A stretch of DNA of 32,000 nucleotides from Geobacter metallireducens GS-15. GTDB taxonomy: Bacteria; Desulfobacterota; Desulfuromonadia; Geobacterales; Geobacteraceae. Below, piece by piece: positions 14,370 through 24,075 of this stretch. The notes beneath the pieces were generated by a model. That model was not told the origin of the DNA. It did no database searches and saw only the letters and a list, made by a program, of their open reading frames with translations. The position numbers were made by a program, and so were the translations under genes. Position 1 is the first letter of the stretch. Every line of letters begins with the position of its first letter. The DNA is taken from contig NC_007517.1 of NCBI RefSeq assembly GCF_000012925.1, forward strand, positions 2,010,001 through 2,042,000, read 5' to 3'.

Positions 14370-14885
14370 ATGAATAAAGTGAGGCTTATCATCGGATTGG
14401 CGATTGTGACTGTGGCCATCGTCGCCGCCTCTGTCTTGTTGTACCTTCTGCCATTGGATGTTCGAGACCACTCCCCTGTCCAGCCGATTGCCTTCAGCCA
14501 TAAGTTGCACGCAGGCGACAACGGCATCCATTGTCTCTTCTGTCATAGTTACGCCGCGAAGTCCCCGGCTGCGGGTATCCCATCGATGGAGGAGTGCCGG
14601 GCCTGCCATCTGTTCATCTCACCGAACACTCCAGAAATAAAGAAACTGATGAAATACTGGGAAAAGCGTGAACCGATTCCCTGGGTCAAGGTTTACAGCC
14701 TGCCGGACTTCGTCTATTTCCCGCACATGATGCACGTCCGCGCTAAACTTTCCTGTGCAGCCTGCCACGGCGAGGTGGCTGCCATGGAACGGATCACCCG
14801 GACCGCAAGCCTCAAGATGGGATGGTGCCTGAACTGCCACCATCAGCATAAGGCCAGTATCGACTGCTGGACGTGTCACAAGTAG
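14370..14885 (+). CDS. actA: pentaheme cytochrome c, ActA-like
   Basis: N-terminal TM helix plus five CxxCH motifs (CLFCH, CRACH, CAACH, CLNCH, CWTCH). Confidence 0.85.
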   Translation: MNKVRLIIGLAIVTVAIVAASVLLYLLPLDVRDHSPVQPIAFSHKLHAGDNGIHCLFCHSYAAKSPAAGIPSMEECRACHLFISPNTPEIKKLMKYWEKREPIPWVKVYSLPDFVYFPHMMHVRAKLSCAACHGEVAAMERITRTASLKMGWCLNCHHQHKASIDCWTCHK

Positions 14886-14895
14886 CGGAGCGCAA

Positions 14896-17088
14896 ATGAA
14901 ACGGAGAACGTTTTTACAGCTTGGTACAGTAATAGCTGCCGGCGCCGTACTGGATGGATGCCGGTCAAAAAATGAGCAGCTCATCCCCTATCTCATTCCG
15001 CCGGATGAGGGGATAACTCCCGGCAAAGGTACTTATTATGCCAGCTCCTGCAATGCATGTCCTGCCGGCTGCGGCATCCTAGTCCGAGTGTCCGAGGGAC
15101 GGGCAAAGAAGATTGAGGGAAACCCGGAACATCCCATCAATAGAGGGAAACTCTGCGCCCGGGGGCAGGCCGTTGTTCAGGAACTTTACCATCCCGACCG
15201 CGTGCCTCATCCCCTCAAACGGAATGGCCCCCGTGGTTCCGGTGCCTTCACGCGGATTTCCTGGCAAGAGGGTATTGGGCTGCTCACGGATAGGCTCAAA
15301 GCTTTGCAGCGGGAACAGAGCACTAATGGCCTGGCTCTGCTGACGCCTCATTTGCGGGGTACCCTGGCGGAACTCACGGGTCGCTTCATGCGCACGTTCG
15401 GCTCGACCAACCACGTCTCCTATGAGTTGCTCACCCCCGACTTGCTTCGGATTGCTGCCCGTCGTAGCTTCGGGCAGCCTACCCTTCCCTATTACGACAT
15501 CGCCGAAACGCGCTATCTGCTCAGTTTCGGGGCTGATTTTGTGGACTCTCACCTGTCGCCGGTCAAGTATGGTTCCGCCTTTGGTGAGATGCGCCAGGGC
15601 CGTGACACGGTTCGCGGGCATTTCACCTATGTGGGGGGGCGCATGTCACTGACTGCCGCCTCGGCCGACCGCTGGATGCCTGCCAAGCCGGGGAGCGAAG
15701 GAACCCTGGCCCTTGGCATTGCACGCCTGATTCTGGCCGAGTCGCTTTACGACAGCGGAGCACTCGCGATGAACGGGCTTGAGGCAAAGAAACTGCTGGC
15801 CGCGCTGGACAGATACGATCTCCCCCGAGTGGCGCAGCTCTCCGGTCTGCCGCAAGGAGCGATCGCTGAGGTGGCACGGGAGTTTGCCTCGACCCGTCCC
15901 GCACTCGCTCTGGCCGGGGAGATGGTTGCCTTTCAGAGCAACGGCCCTGAATCGGTCCGTGCGGTCCACCTGCTCAATCTCCTGGTGGGAAGCCTGAATC
16001 GGCCGGGTGGGATCTACCCCGATGCAGGGTCCCCATCCGGACCGGAAAATTCCTTTGCCGAACTCATCGCTCTTATCGAGACGATGCGCGGCGGCCACGT
16101 GAAGGTGGCCATGATTCATGGCGATCCGCTCTATTCCGTTCCTCCGGCGACTGGGTTTCACGACGCACTGGCAAAGGTTCCGTTCATCGTCAGCTTTTCC
16201 TCGCTGCTCGACGATACCGCCCTGCACGCGGACTTGGTCCTTCCGGACCACGCCGCCCTGGAAAGCTGGGGAGACGTGATACCGGTCGCCGGCACCCGGG
16301 AACCGCTGGTGGGGCTTATGCAGCCGGTTGTGGAGCCTTTGTTCGATACCCGCCAGTTCCCCGAAGTGTTGCTGGCTACTGCCCATGAGCTGGGAGGCCG
16401 GATGGCTGCAGCATTACCGGACGAGTCGTACCTGGAGTTGCTGAAGGGAGCGGTCAGGAAGCAAGCCGGATTTGGGGCCGGCGTGGATTTCGAAGCGGCG
16501 TGGGTCGACCTGCTTCAGCACGGAGGGCTCTTTAAAACCAAGAGTGTCCAGCCCACCGGTTATCGATGGTCCTCGGACGCACCACCGCCATTGCCCGAGG
16601 ACCCGGACTTTGCCGGGGACCAGAAGACGTACCCATTCCATCTGATTGCCTACCCTGCCACCGCCTTTTATGACGGCCGCGGTGCACCGTATCCCTGGCT
16701 GCAGCAACTCCCGGACCCGATGACCACCGTCGTTTGGGGAAGTTGGGTGGAGATCAACCCCGAGACCGCAGCCGAGCACGGGATCGGCTTTGGCGATCTG
16801 GTGGAGGTCTCATCGCCCCAGGGCACACTCCGTCTGCCGGCCGTCGTTTATCCCGGAATCCGTCCGGACATGGTGGCGATCCCCTTGGGGCAGGGGCATC
16901 GGGGGATGGGACGCTATGCCCAGGGGCAAGGGGTAAATCCTCTCGCGCTGGTGGCACGGCAAGGGACGAAACAGCAGCCTGCCTGGAATGCTACCCGGGT
17001 GCGGATAACCAGAATCTCAGGGAATGGGGAACTGGTTACGGCAGGACATCCCCAGGGAAGCCTCCGGAGCGAGTTGGTCGAGATATAG
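14896..17088 (+). CDS. Tat-exported molybdopterin-oxidoreductase-family subunit (ActB1-like) with intact FS0 Cys motif
   Basis: Twin-arginine signal MKRRTFLQLG ending in the lipobox-like LDGC. CNACPAGCG-x27-C [4Fe-4S] motif. 730 aa with MopB fold text. Confidence 0.85.
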   Translation: MKRRTFLQLGTVIAAGAVLDGCRSKNEQLIPYLIPPDEGITPGKGTYYASSCNACPAGCGILVRVSEGRAKKIEGNPEHPINRGKLCARGQAVVQELYHPDRVPHPLKRNGPRGSGAFTRISWQEGIGLLTDRLKALQREQSTNGLALLTPHLRGTLAELTGRFMRTFGSTNHVSYELLTPDLLRIAARRSFGQPTLPYYDIAETRYLLSFGADFVDSHLSPVKYGSAFGEMRQGRDTVRGHFTYVGGRMSLTAASADRWMPAKPGSEGTLALGIARLILAESLYDSGALAMNGLEAKKLLAALDRYDLPRVAQLSGLPQGAIAEVAREFASTRPALALAGEMVAFQSNGPESVRAVHLLNLLVGSLNRPGGIYPDAGSPSGPENSFAELIALIETMRGGHVKVAMIHGDPLYSVPPATGFHDALAKVPFIVSFSSLLDDTALHADLVLPDHAALESWGDVIPVAGTREPLVGLMQPVVEPLFDTRQFPEVLLATAHELGGRMAAALPDESYLELLKGAVRKQAGFGAGVDFEAAWVDLLQHGGLFKTKSVQPTGYRWSSDAPPPLPEDPDFAGDQKTYPFHLIAYPATAFYDGRGAPYPWLQQLPDPMTTVVWGSWVEINPETAAEHGIGFGDLVEVSSPQGTLRLPAVVYPGIRPDMVAIPLGQGHRGMGRYAQGQGVNPLALVARQGTKQQPAWNATRVRITRISGNGELVTAGHPQGSLRSELVEI

Positions 17089-17125
17089 GGAAGCCGCGCA
17101 AGCGGTCATCGGGATTGAGTCGATT

Positions 17126-17839
17126 ATGGAAACAATGACGAGTCAGTACAGATGGGGGATGGTTGTCGACCTTGATCGGTGCACCGGCTGCGGCGCTTGC
17201 GTTGTTGCCTGTCAGGCGGAGAACAACGTGGCCATCTGCGGCAAGAAGGAGATATCCGAAGGACGCAACATGCACTGGTTACGCATCGAGCGGTTCTGGG
17301 TGGGACAGTATCCGGACGTGCGGGCGCGCTTTCTCCCGGTACTCTGTCAGCACTGTCATGACGCCCCCTGTGAGCCGGTCTGCCCGGTTTATGCCAGCTA
17401 CCACAACCCCGACGGTCTTAATGGGCAGGTGTACAACCGCTGCGTCGGCACCAGGTACTGCGGTAATAACTGCCCCTATGCCGTAAGAGTCTTCAACTTC
17501 TACAACCACGAATGGCCCAACCCCCTCGATAATCAACTTTCTCCGGACATGACCGTGCGTACCCGGGGAGTGATGGAAAAATGCACTTTCTGCATCCAGC
17601 GCATCCGAAGGGCCAAGGAAGATGCCAAGTCCGAAAATCGCACCATTCGTGACGGAGAGATACAACCGGCCTGCGCCCAGACCTGTCCAACCGACGCTCT
17701 GGTGTTCGGGAACATGGCCGACCCTCGGAGCCGGGTCGCCATCCTTTCCCGCAGCCCCAGGCGCTTCCGGCTGCTGGAGCATCTGGGCACCCACCCCTCG
17801 ATTTGCTATCTCAAGGGAGGAGGACGCGAGCATGTCTGA
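17126..17839 (+). CDS. 4x[Fe-S] ferredoxin subunit (ActB2/PsrB/NrfC-like)
   Basis: CTGCGACVVAC, CQHCHDAPCEPVCP, CVGTRYCGNNCP and CTFC...CAQTCP. The track ORF was trimmed to ATG 17126, after the upstream stop at 17088. Confidence 0.85.
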   Translation: METMTSQYRWGMVVDLDRCTGCGACVVACQAENNVAICGKKEISEGRNMHWLRIERFWVGQYPDVRARFLPVLCQHCHDAPCEPVCPVYASYHNPDGLNGQVYNRCVGTRYCGNNCPYAVRVFNFYNHEWPNPLDNQLSPDMTVRTRGVMEKCTFCIQRIRRAKEDAKSENRTIRDGEIQPACAQTCPTDALVFGNMADPRSRVAILSRSPRRFRLLEHLGTHPSICYLKGGGREHV

Positions 17840-19202
17840 GCCGACACTTCCTGCCGCCAAGAACTCCAGCCAGTTGAATGACGAGATGTTGTCCTCCCTG
17901 CGGACCCCCACCTGGAGCTGGTACGCGCTCGCGCTATTCCTCGGGGCCGTGGTGGCGTGGGGACTCTACGCCTTTGGTTACATGCTGACGACCGACATGA
18001 GTTGCACCGGCCTGAACAGGCCGGTCATGTGGGGGGTGTACATCGTCAACTTTGTCTTCTGGATCGGGCTTTCCCACTCGGGAACCATGGTTTCTGCAAT
18101 CCTGCGCCTTTCCAGAGCCAACTGGCGGCGACCGATCCTGCGCGCCGCCGAGGCAATGACCGTCTTTACCGTTGCCGTTGGCGGCCTTTTCCCGCTCATC
18201 CACCTGGGCCGCAACTGGGTTTTTTTCTACCTCATCCCCTATCCCAACCAGCGCGGACTGTGGCCGAACTTCCGCTCGGCGCTCCTCTGGGACGCTACGG
18301 CAATCTTCACGTACATCATCGGGAGCAGTCTCTTCCTCTATCTCGGAATGCTTCCCGATCTCGCAGTAGCCCGGGACCGCTCGAGTGGTTGGAGATTCAA
18401 GCTGTACTCAGTTTTGGCAATGGGGTGGCGAGGGACGGCGCGGGAATGGGCAATCTTTCATCAGGCATCCACCCTGATGGCAGCGTTGATCATCCCGGTG
18501 GCCGTTTCGGTGCACTCCATCGTCGCCTGGGACTTCGCCGTTACCGTTATTCCTGGCTGGCATAGCACCATTTTCCCGCCATACTTCGTCATAGGCGCCA
18601 TCCATTCGGGAATTGCCGCCGTCATTACCCTGATGATCATCATTCGCCGGGTGTTCCACCTGGAGGATTACCTGACGCCGCTTCACTTCGACAACATGGG
18701 AAAACTCCTCCTGGTCATCGCACTCCTCTGGTCCTATGCCTATTTCGTCGAGGTCCAGACCACTTGGTACGCCCATGAACCGATTGAGTGGGAAGTCTTT
18801 AGTTTCATGGCCGACAAATATGCTTTCCTGCTTCTTTTAATGATTTTCGCCAACTCCGTTCTCCCGATCGTGGCACTCTGCTTCAAGCGGTTGCGTCGCT
18901 CAATCGGTGTGATGCTGGTGGTTTCGGTGCTGATCAATGTCGGCATGTTCATCGAGCGCTTCCTGATCATCGTGCCGTCACTCTCCCACAAAAACATGCC
19001 GTTCGTCTGGGGAACCTACCGCCCCACCTGGGTGGAACTCTCTGTTACCGCAGGCGCCTTTGCAGGCTTCGCCCTGATGTATACCCTCTTTGCCAAGTGT
19101 TTCCCGATGGTGTCGGTAACCGATGTGCGGGAGCTGGAGGCACAAAAGAGCGTGGTCACGCTCGGCCGAACCCGGCTTCAGTCGATCGCGGAAAAGGAGT
19201 AG
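17832..19202 (+). CDS. actC: NrfD/PsrC-type polytopic quinone-interacting membrane subunit (ActC-like)
   Basis: The ATG overlaps the upstream stop (ATGTCTGA). Many hydrophobic helices. NrfD-like text HLGRNWVFFYLIPYPN. Confidence 0.85.
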   Translation: MSEPTLPAAKNSSQLNDEMLSSLRTPTWSWYALALFLGAVVAWGLYAFGYMLTTDMSCTGLNRPVMWGVYIVNFVFWIGLSHSGTMVSAILRLSRANWRRPILRAAEAMTVFTVAVGGLFPLIHLGRNWVFFYLIPYPNQRGLWPNFRSALLWDATAIFTYIIGSSLFLYLGMLPDLAVARDRSSGWRFKLYSVLAMGWRGTAREWAIFHQASTLMAALIIPVAVSVHSIVAWDFAVTVIPGWHSTIFPPYFVIGAIHSGIAAVITLMIIIRRVFHLEDYLTPLHFDNMGKLLLVIALLWSYAYFVEVQTTWYAHEPIEWEVFSFMADKYAFLLLLMIFANSVLPIVALCFKRLRRSIGVMLVVSVLINVGMFIERFLIIVPSLSHKNMPFVWGTYRPTWVELSVTAGAFAGFALMYTLFAKCFPMVSVTDVRELEAQKSVVTLGRTRLQSIAEKE

Positions 19203-19206
19203 TCGA

Positions 19207-19791
19207 ATGGAAGTCCTCGGGATTTTCAGCGACAAGGAGAGCGCAGGGGTAGCCGTTGAGCACCTGATCAAAGAAGGGTTCGTCGAAAGGCAAATCACCT
19301 CTCTCACGTCGGTTGCCTATCCTGACGGCGTGCTTGTGAGGACAGAACAGCGTACCTGGTTCCGTTGGTTCACCCTGGCCTGCGGCATAGCCGGCGCCGG
19401 CGCCGGTTTCCTTCTTGCGGCAGGCACTGCTTGGCTCTATCCGGTTAAGACCGGCGACAAGCCCATTATCGCCTTTTACCCGACCGGCATCGTCACCTAC
19501 GAGCTCACCATGCTTTTTGCACTTGCAGGAACCATCATCGGGATGTTTCTGGAAATGGGCCTCCCTTCGTTACGAAAACGCGTTTACGATCCTCTCATAG
19601 CCGAGGGGTACATTGGCATCAGCGTTTCCATACATTCCGGAGGCGTGGCCGTAGCCTGCGAAGCGGACGTGTCGCCCCGCGAGTGTATTGGCACGGTTGC
19701 GGCTCTTCCCTCCGACGAGCAGGTGAGTCGGGCTGAGGAACTCATGAAGGCGGCCGGAGCCGTCAGGATCATTGCCGAGGATAGGATATGA
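19207..19791 (+). CDS. actD: DUF3341/ActD-like membrane subunit
   Basis: AAAAGGAG RBS. MEVLGIFSDKESAGVAVEHL N-terminus followed by two TM helices. Confidence 0.8.
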   Translation: MEVLGIFSDKESAGVAVEHLIKEGFVERQITSLTSVAYPDGVLVRTEQRTWFRWFTLACGIAGAGAGFLLAAGTAWLYPVKTGDKPIIAFYPTGIVTYELTMLFALAGTIIGMFLEMGLPSLRKRVYDPLIAEGYIGISVSIHSGGVAVACEADVSPRECIGTVAALPSDEQVSRAEELMKAAGAVRIIAEDRI

Positions 19792-20243
19792 GACGTGCGG
19801 TGAAACTGGCCATTCTGACGGCAACACCGGTGCTGATGGCAGCAATCTGGATGGATGAGCAACCCGCCTACAAACCATACCAGGCACCGGTCCTGGCTCC
19901 GCCCAAGGGTGCTGTTCCCGTCACCGGCAAGGAGAACGTGTCGCAAGAGTTCGTAGAGAAAAATCCCGTTGCGCCGACCGTGGAATCCCTGGAGCAAGGA
20001 GAAACGCTTTTCGCCATTAACTGTTCCCTGTGCCATGGCCTAAGCTCGGCGGAGCGCGGCCCGGTCGGCAAGAAACTCACTCCCCACCCACCAGGACTCG
20101 ATCACGACATGGTGCAGGGATTGTCCGACTCAGATATCTTCAGAGCCATTACCTCGGGTTTCGGCCGAATGCCACCCTTCCAGGGCAAACTCACGGTTCA
20201 GGACCGCTGGAACCTGATCAATTACCTGCGAACGCGCAGATAG
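19788..20243 (+). CDS. actE: monoheme cytochrome c (ActE-like)
   Basis: ATGA overlap with actD. N-terminal helix. Single CSLCHG haem motif with distal MPPF. Confidence 0.8.
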   Translation: MRRAVKLAILTATPVLMAAIWMDEQPAYKPYQAPVLAPPKGAVPVTGKENVSQEFVEKNPVAPTVESLEQGETLFAINCSLCHGLSSAERGPVGKKLTPHPPGLDHDMVQGLSDSDIFRAITSGFGRMPPFQGKLTVQDRWNLINYLRTRR

Positions 20244-20319
20244 CCGTTCTCGCCCGAAATCGTATCATGGCTGGTCACTACCCTGCGGTCCGACCGGCCA
20301 GAAAAATCGGCCGAAATAC

Positions 20320-20349
20320 AACGGGCCGAATCAGAAGACTCGGCCCGTT
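20320..20349. terminator. bidirectional terminator hairpin between convergent operons
   Basis: AACGGGCCGA-atcagaagac-TCGGCCCGTT, a perfect 10-bp stem. Weak T-rich tails on both strands (ATTCGTT / TGTATTTC). Confidence 0.45.
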
Positions 20350-20382
20350 ATTCGTTCAGGGGAGATTACGTAAAATGTTATG

Positions 20383-20547
20383 TCAAGCGCAGTGACTGCA
20401 TGTTGTAACGTCCGGTGATGGCAACTCACATCCGCATCGGACACAGGCATTCACCCATTCCGGATGTCCCGCGTCGGCGGCCCGCTTCTTCGCCTCCAGG
20501 CGCCTCACTTCTGCTTCCATTTCGTCGTTGTACTGCGTTTCGAACAT
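20383..20547 (-). CDS. unannotated 54-aa zinc-ribbon ORF (below the 60-aa track cutoff)
   Basis: My translation: MFETQYNDEMEAEVRRLEAKKRAADAGHPEWVNACVRCGCELPSPDVTTCSHCA. It starts 5 nt after the stop of the flavoprotein gene, with AAGG about 9 nt upstream. CxxC...CxxC pattern. Confidence 0.4.
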   Translation of the reverse strand: MFETQYNDEMEAEVRRLEAKKRAADAGHPEWVNACVRCGCELPSPDVTTCSHCA

Positions 20548-20552
20548 GGTCG

Positions 20553-21227
20553 CTACCTTGCCAGTGTCTTCTTCTGCCAGTAATCACGTTCGAATAACCA
20601 GAACTCTTTCATAAAGTCTACGAGGCCGGACATCCTTGATCGAAATGCCTCATGAAAGCGCTCCTGGTCCGGAAATCTTCGTTTTTCGCTGATACAGCGG
20701 CAGAGGTCACGGCCGAGGGCGCTGGCCTTCCCATAGAGGGTTGCCTCATCGGGGAACGTCCGTACGCCAGCGACAGGAGAGCCTATTCCGCCCGCAGAAG
20801 TCGCCCCCAACATGTTAATGACCCGCTCCATGTAAGAAATAACGTCCGCGTCCTCGCCTCCTCCGGAGGTTTCCACGACAGCGGCGTATTTACCCTCCAG
20901 GGCCATGCAGTGAATCATTCCGTTACAGCGGTCAAAGAGGGCCTTCATCTGGGCGGTGACGCTGAAGATGTAATTCGGGCTGGCCAGAATGAACCCGTCA
21001 CAGGCAAGAAGTTTCTCCTTGATGCCTTCGTAGTCGTCATTGATGGGACAGATGCCCGTCTTGTGGCAGTTGTCGCACCCGACGCAAGGTTGGACCTTCA
21101 GGGCGGAGAGGGAGAGAACTTCGGTCTCTGCCCCGGCCTCTCTTGCTCCGGCAAGGACTTCATCCAGCAAGCGCCCGGTATTTCCTCGCGTCCCCCTGGG
21201 GCTGGCAAGTATCGCCAATATTTTCAT
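20553..21227 (-). CDS. iron-sulfur flavoprotein / NADPH-dependent FMN reductase family
   Basis: MKILAILASPRG flavodoxin-like start and the compact Isf cysteine motif CVGCDNCHKTGIC (Cx2Cx2Cx5C). Confidence 0.85.
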   Translation of the reverse strand: MKILAILASPRGTRGNTGRLLDEVLAGAREAGAETEVLSLSALKVQPCVGCDNCHKTGICPINDDYEGIKEKLLACDGFILASPNYIFSVTAQMKALFDRCNGMIHCMALEGKYAAVVETSGGGEDADVISYMERVINMLGATSAGGIGSPVAGVRTFPDEATLYGKASALGRDLCRCISEKRRFPDQERFHEAFRSRMSGLVDFMKEFWLFERDYWQKKTLAR

Positions 21228-21670
21228 ATAACTTCTCCTTTAGAGGAATCACCTCGCCCGGCTGCCTCGGCGTTGCAGCGTTCAACAGCGTCCCTGAGCC
21301 AGGCGATCTCTTCGGGATGAAACTGCTTGGAGTACTCGGTCCCCGTGTTGAGCGCCCAGTGCAGCGGCGGCATAGTGGTTGCCGCCAGAACATGGCCCGG
21401 TACCTCCACGCTTTTGGCGTCGGTCTGGGTCCAGGCCTGAAGTCGCTCCCGAGTATCGAAGAGCATCAGGTAGTCATTTCCCTCAGCTTCAATGACCAGG
21501 GGGAGCACCTGCCCGTCCTGCGGTGCCTCCACCACCTCTGCAAGGGACTGCTCATCCAGAATGGGAACGAAAAAAGTGGAGTTGAGAAAGAGATCGTAGA
21601 ACTTCGACTGATTCTTTGCATCGCGCATATCCTGACGCAGAGTAACCAGCGCCTCATCGAGTTGAGTCAT
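21224..21670 (-). CDS. SseB-family protein
   Basis: FYDLFLNSTFFVPI...LPLVIEAEGNDYLMLFDTRERLQAW is SseB-like. ATG 21670 is preferred (AGGA 9 nt upstream) over 21688. Its stop overlaps the next gene's start (ATGA). Confidence 0.7.
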   Translation of the reverse strand: MTQLDEALVTLRQDMRDAKNQSKFYDLFLNSTFFVPILDEQSLAEVVEAPQDGQVLPLVIEAEGNDYLMLFDTRERLQAWTQTDAKSVEVPGHVLAATTMPPLHWALNTGTEYSKQFHPEEIAWLRDAVERCNAEAAGRGDSSKGEVI

Positions 21671-21693
21671 TCCGGGAGTTCCTTTCATGGTGG

Positions 21694-21972
21694 CTACCAG
21701 CGTTTTGTGATTTCGATCAGGTGATAGCCGAACTGGGTCCTGACCGGTCCGAGAACCTTGTTGATTTCACCGGAAAAGACGACCTCGTCGAACTCTTTGA
21801 CCATCTGACCGGGGACAAAGGCGCCGAGGTCGCCGCCCTGCATGCGCGACGGGCACGCGGAATTTTTTCTGGCTATCTCGGCGAAGTCGGCGCCGGCTTC
21901 TATCTCGGCCTTGAGTTGCAGGCATTCGGCTTCGGTGGACACGAGGATGTGACGGGCGGTTGCTGTTGGCAT
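21694..21972 (-). CDS. ppiC: parvulin-type peptidyl-prolyl cis-trans isomerase (PpiC-like)
   Basis: ARHILV...GGDLGAFVPGQMVKEFDEVVF...PVRTQFGYHLIE; 92 aa. Confidence 0.85.
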   Translation of the reverse strand: MPTATARHILVSTEAECLQLKAEIEAGADFAEIARKNSACPSRMQGGDLGAFVPGQMVKEFDEVVFSGEINKVLGPVRTQFGYHLIEITKRW

Positions 21973-22013
21973 GGGAACTCCTTGAATGTTTGCTGAATGG
22001 TGGATAGGATTGT

Positions 22014-23315
22014 TCAGAGCTTGCGCCGGTCAATGACCCGCTGGGCTTTCCCTTCATGGCGGGGAATACTGTTCGGCTCCACAAGCTTGACGGTGGCGCC
22101 GACGCCGAGCCTCGAATCGATCCGCTTCTCGACCATTTCGAGGAACGCACGCTGGCGCTTCATCTCGTCGAAGAAGATGTTTTCGATGACCTCGATCTGG
22201 ATCTCCAGGGTATCGAGGGTCCCCTTGCGGTCAACGATGATCTGGTAGTGGGGTTGGCACCCTTCGATGGCAAAGAGAACCTCCTCGATCTGGGACGGGA
22301 AGACGTTGACCCCCTTGATGATGAGCATATCATCGCTGCGCCCCATGGTCTTCTTCATGCGGACCATGGTCCTGCCACAGGCGCAGGGGGAGTAATCGAG
22401 GCACGTGATGTCCCGGGTCCGGTAACGGATCATGGGGAACGCCTCCTTGGTGAGGGTGGTCAGCACCAGTTCACCGACGCTCCCCGGCGGCAACACCTCG
22501 CCGGTATCCGGATCGATGATCTCGGGGATGAAGGCATCCTCGAAGATGTGCATGCCGCACTTGTGTTCACAGTCGCCGGCAATGCCGGGGCCAATAACTT
22601 CCGAGAGACCGTAATTGTCGGTAGCACTGATGAAAAGTCTGCTTTCGATTTCCTTCCGCATCGCTTCTGACCATGGCTCACCGCCGAAGAGCCCCACCTT
22701 GAGCGACAGGGTCTTGGGATCGATTCCCATCTTTTCCATCCGGTCCGCGATGGTGATGGCATAGCTGGGGGTGCTGACCAGCGCCGTGGTCTTGTAGTCC
22801 TGCATGATCATGATCTGCTTTTCGGTGTTCCCGGAGCTCATGGGAATCACCGACGCCCCGATGGTTTCAGTCCCGTAATGGAGGCCAAAAGCGCCCGTAA
22901 AGAGACCGTAACCAAAGGCGACCTGAACCACGTCGTCGAGGGTGACGCCGGCGGCGGTCATGAAGCGGGCCACCAGATTCGACCAGACCTTGATGTCGTG
23001 CTTGGTGTAACCGACCACCGTGGGCTTGCCGGTGGTTCCCGACGAGGAGTGGATCCGCACGACCTCCCGGAGCGGCACGGCGAACATCCCGTAGGGATAG
23101 TTCAGGCGTAAGTCCTCCTTGGTAGTGAAAGGGAGTTTCCTGAGGTCGTCGAGGGACTGGATGTCCTCAGGGACGATACCAAGCTCGTTGAACTTGTTCC
23201 GGTAGCAGGTGACATTCTTGTATACGCGGTTGATGGTTGCCTGGAGCCGTTCCAGCTGAAGCTGCTGCAGCTCCTCGCGCGGCATGCATTCGTATGTTGG
23301 TTCCCAGATCTGCAT
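22014..23315 (-). CDS. paaK: phenylacetate-CoA ligase family protein
   Basis: [19 protein letters not shown] and YRTRD. Trimmed to ATG 23315 (MQIWEPTY..., GAGG 8 nt upstream), giving 433 aa. Confidence 0.9.
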   Translation of the reverse strand: MQIWEPTYECMPREELQQLQLERLQATINRVYKNVTCYRNKFNELGIVPEDIQSLDDLRKLPFTTKEDLRLNYPYGMFAVPLREVVRIHSSSGTTGKPTVVGYTKHDIKVWSNLVARFMTAAGVTLDDVVQVAFGYGLFTGAFGLHYGTETIGASVIPMSSGNTEKQIMIMQDYKTTALVSTPSYAITIADRMEKMGIDPKTLSLKVGLFGGEPWSEAMRKEIESRLFISATDNYGLSEVIGPGIAGDCEHKCGMHIFEDAFIPEIIDPDTGEVLPPGSVGELVLTTLTKEAFPMIRYRTRDITCLDYSPCACGRTMVRMKKTMGRSDDMLIIKGVNVFPSQIEEVLFAIEGCQPHYQIIVDRKGTLDTLEIQIEVIENIFFDEMKRQRAFLEMVEKRIDSRLGVGATVKLVEPNSIPRHEGKAQRVIDRRKL

Positions 23316-23328
23316 ACGGTGACCTCGC

Positions 23329-24072
23329 CTATCTTTCCCAGATTTCCTTCTTGTCTTTCCCGAGGTAAGCCCTCTGAACCTCCTTGTTTTCCAACAACTC
23401 AGAGGCAATTCCTTCAAGCACTACTTTACCTGTTTCAAGCACATACCCCCGGTCTGCCATCTTGAGGGCCGCCTTGGCGTTCTGCTCCACGAGGAGCACG
23501 GTGGTCCCCCGCTCGCTTCGGAGCTGCTCGATGACCCGAAAAATCTCCTGAACCACAAGGGGAGCAAGTCCCATTGAAGGCTCATCGAGCAGGAGGAGTT
23601 TGGGCCGCGCCATGAGTGCCCTCCCCATGGCCAGCATCTGCTGCTCGCCGCCGGAAAGAGTTCCGGCAGCCTGCTTGCGCCGCTCGTGGAGCCGGGGAAA
23701 GAGGGCATACATGTCGTCCAGGTCCTTGCGGATGGCGCTCCGCCCTTCCCTCCCCCGGTAGCGGAGATAGGCTCCCAGGTCCAGATTGTCCTCCACGGAG
23801 AGGGGTTTAAAGACCTGCCTCCCTTCGGGAACCTGGCAGATGCCAAGCTTCACGATCCTGTCGGGTCCGAGGCCAGCAATATCTTGGTCGTCAAAATGAA
23901 TCTGCCCGGTGGCCGGTGGTGTCACGGCGGAGATGGAATTGAGGATTGTCGTCTTGCCCGCGCCGTTGGCGCCGATCAGCGTGACAATCTCTCCCTGCTT
24001 CAGGTGAATCGAGATGTTTTTGAGGGCGTGAACCTTGCCGTAGAAGGTGTTGATGTTCTTGATTTTCAGCAT
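23329..24072 (-). CDS. livF: branched-chain amino acid ABC transporter ATP-binding protein (LivF type)
   Basis: [18 protein letters not shown] and LLLLDEPS. Confidence 0.9.
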   Translation of the reverse strand: MLKIKNINTFYGKVHALKNISIHLKQGEIVTLIGANGAGKTTILNSISAVTPPATGQIHFDDQDIAGLGPDRIVKLGICQVPEGRQVFKPLSVEDNLDLGAYLRYRGREGRSAIRKDLDDMYALFPRLHERRKQAAGTLSGGEQQMLAMGRALMARPKLLLLDEPSMGLAPLVVQEIFRVIEQLRSERGTTVLLVEQNAKAALKMADRGYVLETGKVVLEGIASELLENKEVQRAYLGKDKKEIWER

Positions 24073-24075
24073 TCC

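Noticed and set aside
15646-16386. 246-aa minus-strand ORF inside the ActB1-like gene
   Set aside because: It is an antisense artefact; the plus-strand frame is continuous over 730 codons with Tat signal and FS0 motifs.
17024-17125. Long N-terminal extensions of track ORFs (also 17622-17831, 19123-19206, 23316-23417, 24829-24894, 30431-30481, 6156-6260)
   Set aside because: The extensions overlap the preceding gene in another frame and lack family similarity. Internal ATGs give canonical lengths, RBSs and stop-start overlaps.
20415-20597. 60-aa plus-strand ORF in the convergent intergenic region
   Set aside because: Its Arg/Pro-rich text overlaps the end of the flavoprotein gene antisense. 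The minus-strand 54-aa Zn-ribbon frame is the more gene-like reading.
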